A stretch of DNA of 64,000 nt from Stylophora pistillata. Lineage: Eukaryota. The position numbers were made by a program, and so were the translations under genes. The DNA is taken from assembly GCF_002571385.2 (NCBI RefSeq), contig NW_019218070.1, positions 1 through 64,000 on the forward strand, given 5' to 3'. Positions 25,201 through 40,200 of the stretch are shown in pieces. How positions within the stretch are numbered: the stretch's first letter is position 1; each line of letters opens with the position of its first letter. The notes beneath the pieces were generated by a model. That model saw only the letters and a program-made list of their open reading frames with translations, was not told the DNA's origin and did no database searches.

Positions 25201-28200
25201 TCTTTCGAAACTTTTGTTGCAATAAAAGCGAAGTCTACAAGCTTGGGAGTGTATCACACTTCTGATTGTTTTCCTTAAAATAGTTTTAAGGGGTATGAAT
25301 TGCCCTAAGTGAGAATCGAATCGAAACAACAGACCCACCTGCATACTTGTTAGAAAAACGTAAGCTGAAAGGCTTAAATGACCTGGAAAACATGTTTTTT
25401 TCAAATTTTGAAAGTGTACTGACCATTTCGTCTTCATCCAACGAAAACCTGTTTTGAAGGTCGTGCACAATTTCAGGTTGGGCCCGAAGTAAGAGCGATA
25501 GACAGTGAAGTCGATGTCGAATGCGAGAATGTCCCACATGAACCAGCGCAAAATCGATGATCAACGTCCCATGTGCTGACTGTCGTGGGGCACGAATCTC
25601 TTTTGCAGCGGCCCAGATCGCTTTTATGACAATCTGTTGGAGTAATGGTATGGTCACGGTATTACTTTATCTAAAGGTCAATTGAGGATAGGTGCTAAAC
25701 TCCAGATTGTAATGATATTTAAAAGTAGGTCAAAGTGGCTGTAAGCCAAAGGAAAATTTTTACAGTGTTTTTATTTATTCTTTTCTTTTTACAAGTACTA
25801 ACACGCGTTTACAAAAGGTTCATTAAAGTTGTATTTTGACACCTTATTCAATGGTAAAAAGTGTTCTAGGGTTCTTCCTGGTACTGGAATTAAAACTGGG
25901 AAGATTATTATGTTTAGGTAGACATGGTCGATACTGTCACCGTTTAAGTTTTATCAATCACAAAATTTTTTTACTGAATTTGAGTATGTGCAAATGTGGC
26001 GCTGCGTATTGGCTAGCAGACCGGANNNNNNNNNNNNNNNNNNNNNNNNNNNNNNNNNNNNNNNNNNNNNNNNNNNNNNNNNNNNNNNNNNNNNNNNNNN
26101 NNNNNNNNNNNNNNNNNNNNNNNNNNNNNNNNNNNNNNNNNNNNNNNNNNNNNNNNNNNNNNNNNNNNNNNNNNNNTTGCCTTTCTGATGTTTGTGTTTA
26201 AAAAATCATCTAGAGTAAGTTAATCAGTCGTCCAGCATGTCGATCGATTTCGACCACAAATATGCTAGCCTTTGTCGAGAGCTAATTCATCACCAGTATC
26301 AGATAGGATGACTGCGAAGGAAAAGCGATGACGAGTTTCCCTTACAATAGAATCGACTGGGAAGAACCTTGAAGTCTTCCCCTAACGGTCGTTTCTTAAA
26401 TACGACTTGTATGTGTCCTGGTGTTACGTCCAGGTTAACCACTGGCAGGAAGCTACTTCCATCGAACAGCATTGAATTGGCATGGTTTAAAAGTGAGGAC
26501 TTCAAGCTAAAAATCATACGCTATCGACCGTGTAGAAACGATGCACGAATAAAAAAACATTTCCTCTAAAGTAAATCATTTCGTGGATAAACCTTTTTCG
26601 ACTTGGGCGTGTGCTACTGTCAACGCTTTATATACTAGTCAGCGGATTTGGAAAAAGTTAACGGGAATCGAAGGAAGAAGTGAATGTTCCATCCCTATCT
26701 ATACTCATCTTAATGACTACGTCATCCGAGTAAAAGAACTTCATGGCTATGTCCAAATAAATTTGGGAATACTCTCTACCTCATCCGTTGATAAAATTTT
26801 AGGAAAGGACAAACTTTCTGAGCTTTGATATACAAGTAGTATTGGCATTTCTCTATTACCTCAGTCTCAGCTTCATCTTGAGGTTTGTTCACCATATGTG
26901 CAAAGTCATGCAAATAGCGGGCTACAGAATCTTCGCCCCCTTCTGAGATGGCGTCCGAAACTATCTGCGCCACGTTGGAGCCATCCAAAAACTTCCGTAA
27001 GCATTCAGTAACAGTCTCAAGAGAATTTGCTGTGAAATAATAAAAAAAAGAAGAAGGATTTGCCAAGTTTTATAATACTCCAAAGCTCAAACTTGCCTAT
27101 GATCCACCAGGGTGGATATTGTTTTCTTGGTTTTGTTTCAACATAGTGTCAGATCTTCGAATTGTTTGCAAAATTGTTTGGGATCGACTAGGTGAAGGAC
27201 AAGACAGAGGTTGGAAGGAAGCTGGTAATTTGAAAATTCGGTTCTTTATTCTATGTATCAAATAAATTCTTAAACCTCTCCCTCTTCCTGAGAAAGGAAG
27301 TCTCAGTGATGAAGAACACTGTTGTTGGGAAAGCATTGACTTAGAAGCCAATTTGTCAAACATTCTCATATCAATGGACACACACACTTCTCCCTTTCCG
27401 TTAATCTCACCTGCGATGCTTCTGGCCTCTCGATACAGCTCATCAATTCGTTCTTTGAGAAGCCATGAAAATGGAAACCTGCTCTGGAAGACATGCCTTC
27501 GATACCCTGATTTCAATACTGGAACCTTGCTTCGGACTTCATTCACATCTTCTTCACGTGTCATGAACATTCCATAATTAATAGTAGCAAGAGAACTGTC
27601 TTCAAGGACGTTTAACCAAAGTTTTGACATCCAGGTATCCTTGCTTGCAGCTAGCTCAAGGTTTCCGTCGCGGTCAACGTAGGCGATGACCTCTGCCAGG
27701 ATAGGAGCCACAACAGACTGAAAACGACGCCAAAGTGCCTTTTTGAAAGTTCCATTTTCGTTTATAGTACACGCTTTGGCTACGTCCTCAAGCCACCTTT
27801 TCCCCTCTTCTAGTGCCCGCTTGTCTTTTTCTTGTAGTAGGACATGAATTCGTTTGGCAAGCACCTTCTCAAAGCGGTTGTCACATAGATCTTCTGCAAA
27901 ATTAAGGATTAATATGATCAATCTGAAAGGTGTTAGGGATGAGCCTGAAATAAAAAAAAACCTCATTATATCTCTTAGTTAATACGAAGAAACACGTTGT
28001 GCCCTGCAGATTTCGGGCATTCAAAAAAAGAAATATCGACAAAAGAGTTACTTATATAACACTGCATCACAGTAGTCGCAGAAAACCCTGGTAAATTTGA
28101 ATCGTTCTTTTCATGTAATCTTGAACTATGGATCTTAAACGAGTTTTTGAACTTTTGGTGACTCAAAGTCCATTTTTTATTGAAGCCAATAACATGCTTT

Positions 28201-31200
28201 CGTGCCTACGATTTGACGCGTATCAATCATCAATGGCCGTTCCGCCTGAATTGAAATATTTTTAATTCTATCTGAACTATGAGATTTAATAAATACCTCA
28301 CTTACTTCTTTTTTCTCGGTCCTTACTGCAAGTTACAGAACCCACGGTTTTTTCCGCTCAATTTATGACCCTACGCTTTGTGCTTGGGCAATAAATCCGA
28401 GCGGAAAAAACTTAGTTCGTAACTTACAAGACCACCCTTGAACTCGGTTAGTAAGACGCGTTTATTCTACAATAAGTAAAGATGCTTCGACAGGATATTT
28501 ATACTTTGCGACATCTAGATTTGAAAGACAACAGGAATGAATCCGAATCTTCCTTCTGAATAACGATAAAAAAATGCAACGACTATCGATATTAATCCTA
28601 TCAAAATTTAATTTTTAGAATAAAAGGAAAAACCGACGTCAATCGATTTTCTCAAATCTTCCTTCCAATTGACTGTATGCAAACAGCGTAGCTCGAGATG
28701 TATTTGCAAAGACTATCAAACAACCAAGGTTTTTTTGCAGATAAATATTTGAGGAGGTTAGAGGAGGAGACCAAATCGTATTCATAACATAACCAAAGTA
28801 GAGCGCGCGCTCTGATTGGTCAATTCAGTGTCCACCATTTGCCCATGGGTGTACGCTGCTGACGTGAGCAAATGCAAAGACTACGTTTTCACGCTTGTTT
28901 TTTTTCTGGTCACGTAATATTTGTTGAATAAAAGGGAATTCTTTTGCTACAATGTATAAATGTTTTGTGTAAATCAAGTGGTAAGCACCACAGCTTACTT
29001 TATTGAGTCATGGATGCACTTGAGAGGTTTACTAAGCACTTAAGAAGGTAAAGTCGCTCTCGGCAACTTTCGTTCTTAGCAACTTCCCGCGTGCATCCAT
29101 AACTCAATAGTGTACACTGTGGTGTTTACCAATTCTTAAATAAACGGTTCAGTTGACAGTAACTGCGCAGACGTTAAGTAAAATATTCTATAGATCTCAC
29201 CAGCCTTCGTTCTCGAAGAAAATAACTTAAGCAACAGTTCAATTCGTCTAGTTGCCCTTCCAAGTGTCGATTCATCATCCTCAATCTTGCTGGCTGCTAT
29301 CTGTACGCAACTTCTAAGAACTTGGCCAATAGTCAAATTGCTTCCTGTCTCAGTAATGGCACTCTCGAAAATTTCACTAACTGAACGATCCTTCAGTACT
29401 TCAACCGGAGGTATTTCTTCACTTGGAGGGCACAACTCGTCAATGTGGACAGATAACCAATTTTCACCCTGCACACTGACGAACTCTCGACAGCCCCCTG
29501 CCACTCTGGGCACCTGTACAATCATAACGATGTGACTGCAATCAGTGGCACCTGTACTTAGCACGTTTTCCATTTCCTTACACTCTTCGATGAGCAAATG
29601 ACGAGCGCATGCTGTCAAATCCAGCATTTGTTTCCCGGAATCGCACTGAACGATTAACAGGCTCTCCCTGCCTCCCAGCATGGACCAGAAGTCTCTCCTA
29701 CGAAACACACATTACATATTCGAATTTTAAGATGTATTGGCTATGTAAAAAAAAGGTTTCCTATTGAAAGAGGCCTATTGAAAATTGAAGGACAGATTTT
29801 TACCCTATGCAGTTTAAAAATTGCTGTTCGGTTTGAAACTGTTGCAGTGAGGCACACTTCACACTATTTGGAGGAAGCTGTACAGCAGCGGCAATGGTAG
29901 AAATGTCTTGTTTAGAGAGAAGTCGAGAGTGTGTCGATATCTGAAAAACAACAAGTGGAATAATAAAAATGTAAAAAGTGAAAGTGTGTTGTGATTGTCC
30001 GGGTGAGTGTAGTCCTGAGAAGGACTGGTGACGGTGGTGGTGACTGATATACAGAGTCAAGCCCCATACATTTGAGAGACTGGCAGAAACCTCGCAACAG
30101 GACTGAATGAACACAAACGGACGACGAGGAAAGGTTATGTCAACAATCACATTTGTTACGATATGTAAATGCATGCTCGAAGGCGTAGGTGTTAATTCCC
30201 TCGAGTCCTGTATAATCTTGTGATATATTAATTACTTTGATCGTGTCTTTAAAAGGAACTCGGTATTTGCATTTTAGTTTTCTCCTTTCGGTTTCTGCTT
30301 TTAGGTGTTGAATAAAGACTTCAAACAACATTGCCGAATATTGTCGATTTAAGAACCACACTACTGAGCGCGACTCTGTACGATGCCTAACCTACAAGAC
30401 TAAATACCATTTACTGTAAAAAGTAAGAAATCATTCTCTGGTCGTATTTAAGTCATGTAGGGTAGATTTTGAAACCACAGGACTACGAACAAAAATACAC
30501 ACGAACTTTGGTGGAATACGCCATTTTTAAAGGTTTTCGGTTATTAGCGAGATTTTTCTTTGTTTGCAATTTCTTCGAGGATGTAAAACAAACATACAAA
30601 CAAAAAGTTTGTCCACAAACATTCGCAACACCTTGCAAAACTTTCCAACAAACATTGGTATGACTCGTCAGAATTTAGAGCAAGGTCTCAAATTTATGTC
30701 ACTGCATTGTAACAGTGATATTCAGTTGGAGTGTTACTGTGGATTATTTTAAACCAGGTATCGATATTGATAGATTAGATTGAGCTTAAATTTTAGCTGA
30801 CGATATAAAAAACTGGTAAACGTTCTGGAATACATTTGCTCTTTTCACCTGAGCACGTAGTGGTACTTTAGCCACTTCATCGTCAGTAACCTTGACATCT
30901 CCGAGTACTTTTTCTAAAAAGTCTGCCAGGCTTGAGTGTTCCTGCTCGTGAAAGTACGTCGTCCATAATTCCTTTGCCTGTGACCTCAGACGCGAGGAAG
31001 AGAGACGGGTAACAGAGTCAGGGGTCGCACACTGTAGCAAACGCTCCTTACATGTTCTCAGCACCTAATGAAAACCAAAATAGTTATGCACACGGTGTTC
31101 GGTCGTCGACTCTTTGTCAGTTTTGGTAGAGAAAAGAAAAATATGTAAGGGAAAAAACAAGAACAAAATTAGCAGAGGTACTCAGTAATCAAATACAAAC

Positions 31201-34200
31201 CTTCCATTTGAAGGGTTAAGAAATACTTTCATGACTGCACTTGGCTTTACAAAAGCAAGTAAAGACCCCGACAACGATCAAAGTGTTCTAATGCAGGTTC
31301 ACCTAAGACACTTAAAATGGCAGAGAAAGTGTCAGAGTCCCTTAACTAGGGGCCTATGTTTCAAAAAATGACCCATTGTATATCCTTATGGGGATCTTCC
31401 AACCTGTTGGCTGACCTCGAGGACTCGCACATCCGTGCTGCCAGAATGATTCACAACATCAGTATATCTAACCCAAAATATGAAGTACTCAGCATGGAAA
31501 AATGGTCATCTCATCATTTTATGTATAAGAGAAGACTCGCCTCTATTGCATACCAGGCTTTCAACAACTTAGCTTCTGATGACATTAACAATTTATTTAC
31601 AAAGCACAGAATTCCATACAATTTAAGAGATAATGTAAGATTGGAACTTGTGAGCTCCAAATCCAAAGCCTTACATGATTCCTTCACTCATCGTTCTAGT
31701 ATTGTTTGGAATTGCTTACCTAGCCAATTAAAGTCCAAGCCTAGTTACTCTTCTTTCAAGGCTAACATTAAGAAATTCTCAAAGTGCATTGACCAAATTA
31801 CTTTTGGCACAACCTCTACTGCAACCAATAAATACATTGATGAATTTATATATTATTAATGTTCAGTTTATCATCTGTCGTTTTGATTGGTCTTTCTTAT
31901 ACCTTTCATTTGCATTATCTAAATTACGTCATTTAATTACTATTTATATATTTATTTGTACAGTCATTTCATGCTTATCTATTTATTTATGTATTACTGG
32001 TATTTATAATCATTAATATTAGGATATATTTTTAGATGTAAATATATTAGATTATAAGTAGATAGCAGGTCCACATCAGCAACTGCTGCTATCTACTCAA
32101 CCTGCTTTACCAAATAAAGGATGCATGTATGTATGTACCCAACTATTGAACATCTTCAGTTAAAGTTCAACCGGATCTTCGGTATTTCTAGGTGAATATA
32201 ACGTGTGCACTTGAGTGTTAATCACACAAGAAATGAATAAGATATTATCATGATCGATAATACTGGTAGCTAAAAATATTTTTCACGATTCTTTTCTCTC
32301 GCGGTGCAACTTACGTTTTCCTCCCAAGACTCTCTTTCTTCGTCTGACAAAAATTCTCCGTCGTTATGGACCTCAGCACAAACTTGCAAAACAATAGCCG
32401 GGACGGTGTCCTCGTGGTAACCAATAAAGGCCTCTCCTTTTGAGAAAGTTCTTCAAAAAGCAAGTAAAACAATGAAGTATGTTAGCTTTGCTTAATATCA
32501 CCCATATCATAGGAAAGGGAGCATCAATACATGCCTCTTTTGCCTTCTCTTGCTTGGAACAACCAAACTATATGGTTTTTTTTATGTTACAATATAACTG
32601 TGCAATGCAATGCTGCAATGATAAAATACGTTTTAATCTCTGACGTGAAACATGAGTTATTAAAAAATAAGGTACATGTCAGTATATTTCAGTTGCGGCG
32701 TGGTCGATCAGAATAGTGGAGGTAAGGGAAAAAAAACAATATACATTGGAAACTAAATCCCTAGTTACCTCGGTTTTTGGTGAGGAAGCTGAAAGATGTC
32801 AGCAAAGTTGTCCACCCAAACTTTTAATTTCCTGGTCACTTCTTTCTGTGGTATAGTGAGTCCAGATGACATTACAAGGAAGTGTTTCTCCAGGCGGTTT
32901 ATTAAAGGGATGGGGAACTTATTGTAAACCACGTCCTTTGCGGCGATGACGATTAGCCTGTTTATAATATGGATTGAAAAAGGTTTATTATGAATTACAA
33001 GTAGCTGTAACTAATAAGTATCACTGAAAAGCTGGCGACGAAAAGCGGGGAAACCCTTAAATTAAGTCAGATTCATATAACTCAAAATTTGCAGGGGAGC
33101 GTAAGAACAAAACGAATGAGAACTTTCAAGTTAAATCCCTGTAGATTCTTGCTTTTGGAAAAGTCCATCAAAGTTCCTCAGTAAACATTTTGCAATGCGG
33201 TAGTTCAAGTATAAAGTTTAGTGCCTAAACTTGTTGGTACGCAATGATGGTGAGTCCCTAACAAACAAACTGTGCAATCAAACTCTAGTCGATACTTTGC
33301 ACGTTAGAATTAGAGCCTAAAGAATCTGTTTTTACCTGAAGTTTTTGTGAACGCGGCATTTGACTCGATTATTCCCAAGCCCTAGATCGACATACTTCTC
33401 TCCTCCAAAGGTGACGTAATACTAAAACGATAAAGTTGGTGTCAAATAAAAAGCAAAGCCAATGAAAATTAAAAATCCAAGAAATACGAAAAAATCAACA
33501 ATGCGTTGTGCATATTACCTCCCATTTCCTAATATACAGGATTTACGGTGACAGTTTAATCACGACTAACCTGATTTAGGACGTCGTAGAGGCTCTCATA
33601 GAGGTTTTCAAGATTGAGCAGAATCACCGTTCTACCTGTCTCCATACACATCTTAATCCGGTTGATGTTGCGGCAAACCTGTGCAAAGTATACCGATGTG
33701 ATTACACCACAACAAAGGGAAAAGGATTATAACAGTTATTCCATATTTTCAATCAAATTTAAGCACACACACGAAGACATGAATGAGAATGAGAAAATCT
33801 TCGAGTTGTCCAACAACAGTTTGGTTTGATTGAGCAAACTGACAATCAGCCATATTTTTCTTCAAATATGGCGCGTTTTAAGGTTGTCACAAGAATTTCC
33901 GTATTGCAATCTGTAACTTTTAATTAAATATACCATTACATTCGTCCTGGGCCAATCAGTATCTGATAAATACGCAAATAATTTCTACCTGGGTGAACAA
34001 CTGATCTTTTGGAAACCCACTGCCAAAGATAACATATGGCTCTTCTTTATCTTGCTCTAACAAGAGCTGTTTTACTCTTGGAAGAGCTGCAAAGTTCTCA
34101 GTCATGATAAGGAGATATCTTCCCTCTCTGCGAAACATAGAAGCACGAAACTTAACAACAACAAATAAAGACAAGAGATTACTACTTTGCTTTCCTTAAA

Positions 34201-37200
34201 TAAGTAATAGTTCACTTCTAAATGGAGCAGATGGGTGAGGAAACATGGAATACTTGACCATCATATACAATTTTAATCATAAAGGTAAGCATCCATGTCC
34301 GTTGGAAATACTTTCCACATTTTACATGCATGAATGTTCAACGGGTTAATTCAGCCGAATATTCATGATCGTATTAAAACACACTGAATAGCACGGAGAA
34401 GATATTTTTGTATTTGTACTTATAAAGTGCGGTATCGGGACCTACCCCATCACACTATCCCGGTTTAGGCTTTCCCGGATAAGCTCTAGAGACCCGTCTT
34501 CCATGAATTCATCTTCATCCTGTAAGTGAAGAGTCCATTCTTATGGTGAGGAAACAAACGGACCATAACTTCGGCTATGTAACAACTATCACCAATAAAC
34601 AAAACGTCTGTGCAAGGAATCGTTGGAAATTTTGTTTAAGGTACACCTTACTAAAATGTTGAAAACAAAAGAACAGTATTTTAACCTGCAAATATTCCTC
34701 TCGGACAATATTTTCCATGAGAATTTTAACAGGCTTAAAATCCTCTTTGTTGTCCACTAAGCCACTGAAATTTCTCTTAACGGCGTGTTCGAGCTCCTTC
34801 CCGTTTGGTGGACGTTTCTCTTTCGAATTCTTTGCAATGGAGACGATCATCTTTACAAGACTGAGTTAAAACACAAGCAAAAGAAAATTACCGCAAATCA
34901 CTTATAAATTAATCGATTAAGTAGCTGTAATCAACGCTATCAAACCTGTAGAAGTCCCGAAGTCCAAAAAATTCGTCTTTCTTTCCTTCTTTCAGTTTCC
35001 TCAATTCTTTCTGTTTGTCGTAAAGCTCTTTGTAGCCACAGACCAACGAATTTATAAGGGGTTCTATATGAGTCACGATGTCCTTATCACTTCCACAAAT
35101 ACCCCTACAATGAACAATTGATAAATTAAATCAGCGGGGAAGAACCTGAGGTGAATGTCACTGTGACTGGAACTAAATCTCGCAATTGCTAATGTGTTAG
35201 TTCGAAAGCAGAAACACGAAAATCGCGTGACATTGCCTCTTTACTGTTATCCTCGGTGACTGACTTCCCGTGACCAGCTAGGTCTTCTTTTTGCTTCGCC
35301 TTAAGAGACTATGTTTTCATTCTAAATTGTCAAACTAAGTCGATTACAAATAATGTACAAAATTAAAAGCTCTACCTTGCGGTTTCCACTAGTTCGTCTT
35401 CGTCAGGCTCATTGCGGCAAAGCATTATCCCGCGGTTCATTTTAGCAGGGTCCAAGGCCCAGTTAGACAGACCAATGAAAGCAACACGTGCAAAATTCTT
35501 TCCAGTCTGGATCACAAACGCGTCACTTTGGTCATCGTCTTCCAGGAGGGGATGTAGAGTTTTTAAGGGCATTTGGGGTGAGTCCTCCGCCAGTCCTACT
35601 TCATCTAGCACCACCACAGAAGCAAACGTGTCTGAAGTGTTTCCCTCGTTTTTACTTTCCTGCAGTTCACTGCATTGTTGAAATGTTGCCAATATTCCCT
35701 CAGGGGTAGACTGTGGGCTACACTGATATGATACCAACTGAATCTGTTAAAAATGTTAGGAGACACGTTACTCCGCGTCCTATGCACAGACAACTAAGTT
35801 TAGCCTTAATCACCAACTACGGTAAAAAATAATTACAGTCCCATTCCCAAGATAATAATGAAAAAAAATTATGGATCAAGTTTCAAATCGGTGATTCAAA
35901 ATAATTGGAACCTTTTAAGAAGCTTTAGTGTCGGACAGCCCTGCATGCTTTGCTCATACCTGTTTAAAACGTTTGAAAAGGCCATGTTTGGATCTTCCTC
36001 CCTGCATATTGTCCGCAACAACAGTCTTCGCTAGTGATTTAGAGCTGCCCGGCTTACCGACGACGAATAATGGGATCCTAAGCTCAATACACACCACCAT
36101 CATGAACACATTTTCTCTTAAGGCCTCATTGCAGGCGATGTTAGGTCCAAGTTCCAGCTGTTCCATCAAAGCTTCTTGACATCTTTAAATAGAGTTACAG
36201 ACACCATTTAATTTTATTGTGACTACCTTGATACGACTGATTCGATCCATACTGACTCTCGTGGAATGAAAAAAAAACGATAAGCTGTTGTCAAATGATA
36301 TACTTCCGGTCATTACACGTGTTCCCGAAAGTCTAGTTTTCAGCAAGCTAACTAGATAAATAAACGCCTTTATTTCACAGGCTTCCTGGGCCAAGAGTCG
36401 CTAAACTTCTCAGTGATTCATGGGAAACTCCGGGTCCATTTGGCTGAAAACGCTCATCCTTAACTCAGGCTACAAATACATATTTCTAATAGATTCTTTA
36501 TCTCCTTTGGCTAAAAATTGTAATAATTTTTGGTGACTGTTGCTTCCCTTTCACCTAGAAGCTTCATTTTAGAGTAAACGATATCATTTAGATAATATCG
36601 TTTAAGATTCAATATTACCGATTTATCTCCCGTTCAATCCTTGCAGCTCCGCCGGGAAGCCTGCATGGTGGTCGAAATGATTTTGCTACTGCCCCGCGGA
36701 ATTCTTTCCTCTCTGTTAATCGTGCTTGGTAACAAATACCAAGAGCAAGAATCAAAGACCAAGTGAGCGGGTCAATACTGTCGCTGATATCACCCTGAAA
36801 ACAATTAGCGTTCGAATAAAGTTTCACTCTGAACAATAGCCTCTCTTCGGTAGGTTTCATTGCAATCAATCACAACCTTTCTATTATGCACTTGTTATTA
36901 AGCAAAGATTTTGAAAAAAATGAGTGGATGGAAGGGTATAACACATGAGGCTGTGATGGTCTTTAACGTTAAGAAGAGTAGGGCTGCAAAATTATAAAGG
37001 AAAAGAGCAAATTATATCTGTTGTCTATTGCGAGGACGGTACCAAGAAAACGTTTAGCATCGGAAAAATTGAAAACATAGCACTAACAGGAGACATATAC
37101 AATTGCTAATTACAAGACTTTTTACGTTTGTTACAGAATCGTTATGAGTAACATGGAGAACAGTGCTTACGATTTCTTCTCCAAGCGGTACAACAAAGGG

Positions 37201-40200
37201 TTCTGGGAAGTTCAATATATCCGGAGGATTGGCCCTTGAAAACACTTGCGAGGGCTCACACTCTGCAGAAGCTGTTTCCTTTAAAGCAAAAGAGAAATTT
37301 GGCTCATACATGGACTTGCTAACAGAGGGTCGCTCTTCTCTTCCTCTTTTGTCTGCATAGTCGAGCATTTCCAGAGGAACGGCCCTTGAAAACACTTGCG
37401 TAGGCTCGCCCACTACAGATGCCGTTTCTTTGGAATCACAAATGAACTGACTAACTGTAGGTCGCTCTTCCCCATTTCTTATGGAATTAACTTCTAAAAC
37501 GTGATCTCGGAGACTCTGTCTGGCGTCTTGAATTGTCGTTGTAGTTTTTTCCTGACCGCATTGGTCGTCTTCAGAATCAGAAGGAGTTCTACTGACATTA
37601 GTTGAGACTTCTTCAGATTCAGATTCACTCTCATTACTACTTTCTTCTTCATTTTCACTTTGCTCCTCTTTCATCAAATCAGAAAAATCTTGAAAGTGTT
37701 GGTAAAACCAAACCATGACCTCCATGGCTCGTTTAACATCACGTAAACTCACAAAACTACACTCATCCTGAAATAAAATGGAACCATGTTGTAAAATTAT
37801 AAGGTTATGGTTGAAATCTTTCTGTATATACCCCACAGGCGAATGGAGCTATTTGTGTGCGATGATTGGTTGGTTCGGGGATGATTAGCCATTAATAAAC
37901 CCAGAAAATACAGCAATATCATCCACTTAGCACTTTATACATCTACTTCGTACCAAACTGTAGTGAGTTACAATAAAAACTGCGGGAAGATATTTTTGAA
38001 AAGGCGCAAAATGTAATAATTGAAATGGTTTGCATTAGTTAAAAGATTATGGAAAAGTAATAAGACTTTCAACAGATACATTAGCAAAGCACCTTTTTAT
38101 TTCTCATGAATTGCTGGGAGGCTGTTAAAACTGCTGCTATGGCGATAACCCAGTTTTCATCTCCCGGAAGACGACCTTCACGTACCTTTAAAAAGATGCA
38201 AATATCCTTTAATTGAAAAAACATTACGTTCAGCAAAAAATTTGAGGGGAATTCATAATTGTGAAACTGTCGAGATTTTGTCTTTCTACTCGCAAGATTT
38301 AAAGAAAGGAGATGTTAAAAGAATTGCCGCACAGTGTGTCTATCTTAAACTGTTTAGGCAAAGCCTTTCAAACCCGTCTTTCGCAACCTTTGCTATTCTC
38401 CGCTGTCCGTAACCGTGTAAGTAACTTCTGCTACCATTTTTGACGTTTATCCTCATTACCAAGATATCTTCTTTAGGGTTTTCAGTCTTTCCCTCTTGGT
38501 AACTTTCTTGGAGATTAAAATTATCCAAAATAATATGATGTGACTCATTTTAACATCAGAAACGAATAGTATATAGACGAAAGGGAATACCAACTATTCT
38601 CTCACTTCAAACGCACTAGAATACATCGCGTTTTTAAACCATAAGGACATCTGCTCACATATTTTCCAACAATTTGACGAGTGTAAAGCTCTTCCACTTC
38701 CGCATTCAACTGCCCAAAATCCCACACAAGACTGCGCATGCTTTCTGGCAAAGCATGCACTCGATAAACAAGGTGACGCAGCGGAATTCCACCTATAAAA
38801 TTGCACAATAATAGTAAAATCAACTAAAATGGTTAAATGATGTCATCTTTCAAGCCCTTTCAGCTCAATATCTTACCGAGGCGTTCAGTAGTTTCATCCG
38901 CCGTGATGTGATAGCCCAATCCTGCCGTCTCTAGTTTATGTATCATTTCTTTCGTATGCCTGCCGAAAAAGACCTTTTAGTCAGGCTTTGCCGTTGTTTA
39001 ATGATGCATGAACAAAACTATGTAGTGGGTCAGGTTTGCCTGACAATTTTCCATCATCCATCGATCTAATTTTATAATCACCGATTTCATAGTGTCAGCA
39101 CTAAACTTACTTCCGATATGGATTGCAAGCCGCAACGAATTTCAGATTGTCACGCAGGGGACGACCATTACACCTTCGATCCACCATAATCTCTTTTATC
39201 ATTCCCAAAGCGTCAGTGGTGTTCGCCTCATCAAAAAACAAAATGGTGTCCATTTTTTTCCCGCTAAGTTCATTCTTGTCAGCCACTGTCTCAGCGTGAA
39301 GTACGTTTCTTTCAATGTCTTTGTAAGTGGTGCCGCCATGGATCTAGTGAAAACAGGCATCAAGTCTCGCGCGTATTTAAATAAACCTCTTCCGGTTTAA
39401 ATGACATAGAAGCAGAGTTACAGGCCGAGATACCGAACCCCTCATACTGGTCTTTATCCCCGAAGCTGTACGGCTTACGTGTTGTTAGATACAATTTTCT
39501 AGCATGCTGTTTGGGTGTTTGGGCAGTTCAAGGGTGAGGAACGAATTAACTCACCAAGATTTGATATCTTGACGAAATATCGTAACCTTGGAATGTTATT
39601 CGAAGACCTTCGAGAATTCCTAAATTCAAGTATGAAACTACCTATGGAAAAATTACAACCTGGGGGACTCAGTATCTGATCCTTAATCTGAAGGAGTTTC
39701 CTTCTTTTCGTACGACAAATAGTTGCGATAGAACTAATATCTCTCTACAAAAGACCGTAAACAATAGCAATAACAAAAACTGATAACATGACTGAAGGGG
39801 AACCTAAATATTAACTAAGAGGATGTGGGTCATGCTCCCATGCTATAAACTCATTATTGAGTACTTGATTTCCCTTTTGGGACAACTCTACTCGGGGAAA
39901 ATTCTGAAACCCACACCAAAGGATATGCATTTTGGTACCGACTTTAAGGTACCAAATTATTACAAATATTAAAAAACTCTCCATAACCTGTTAATGTATC
40001 TGTTGCCTTCACAAGTGAAACAACCCTTTTTTAACTCTTTAACCAATTCCGGAAGTTTCCTCCAAACGGAGATTAAACTTTTATTGTATGTTACCAAGCT
40101 GCGTAGTTGCATTACACAAACTTATAAGTTATTCATTAACAGCATTTCACTTCAAAACAGGAGATATTTTCTATGGTTGTACCTTCATTAAGATCATATT

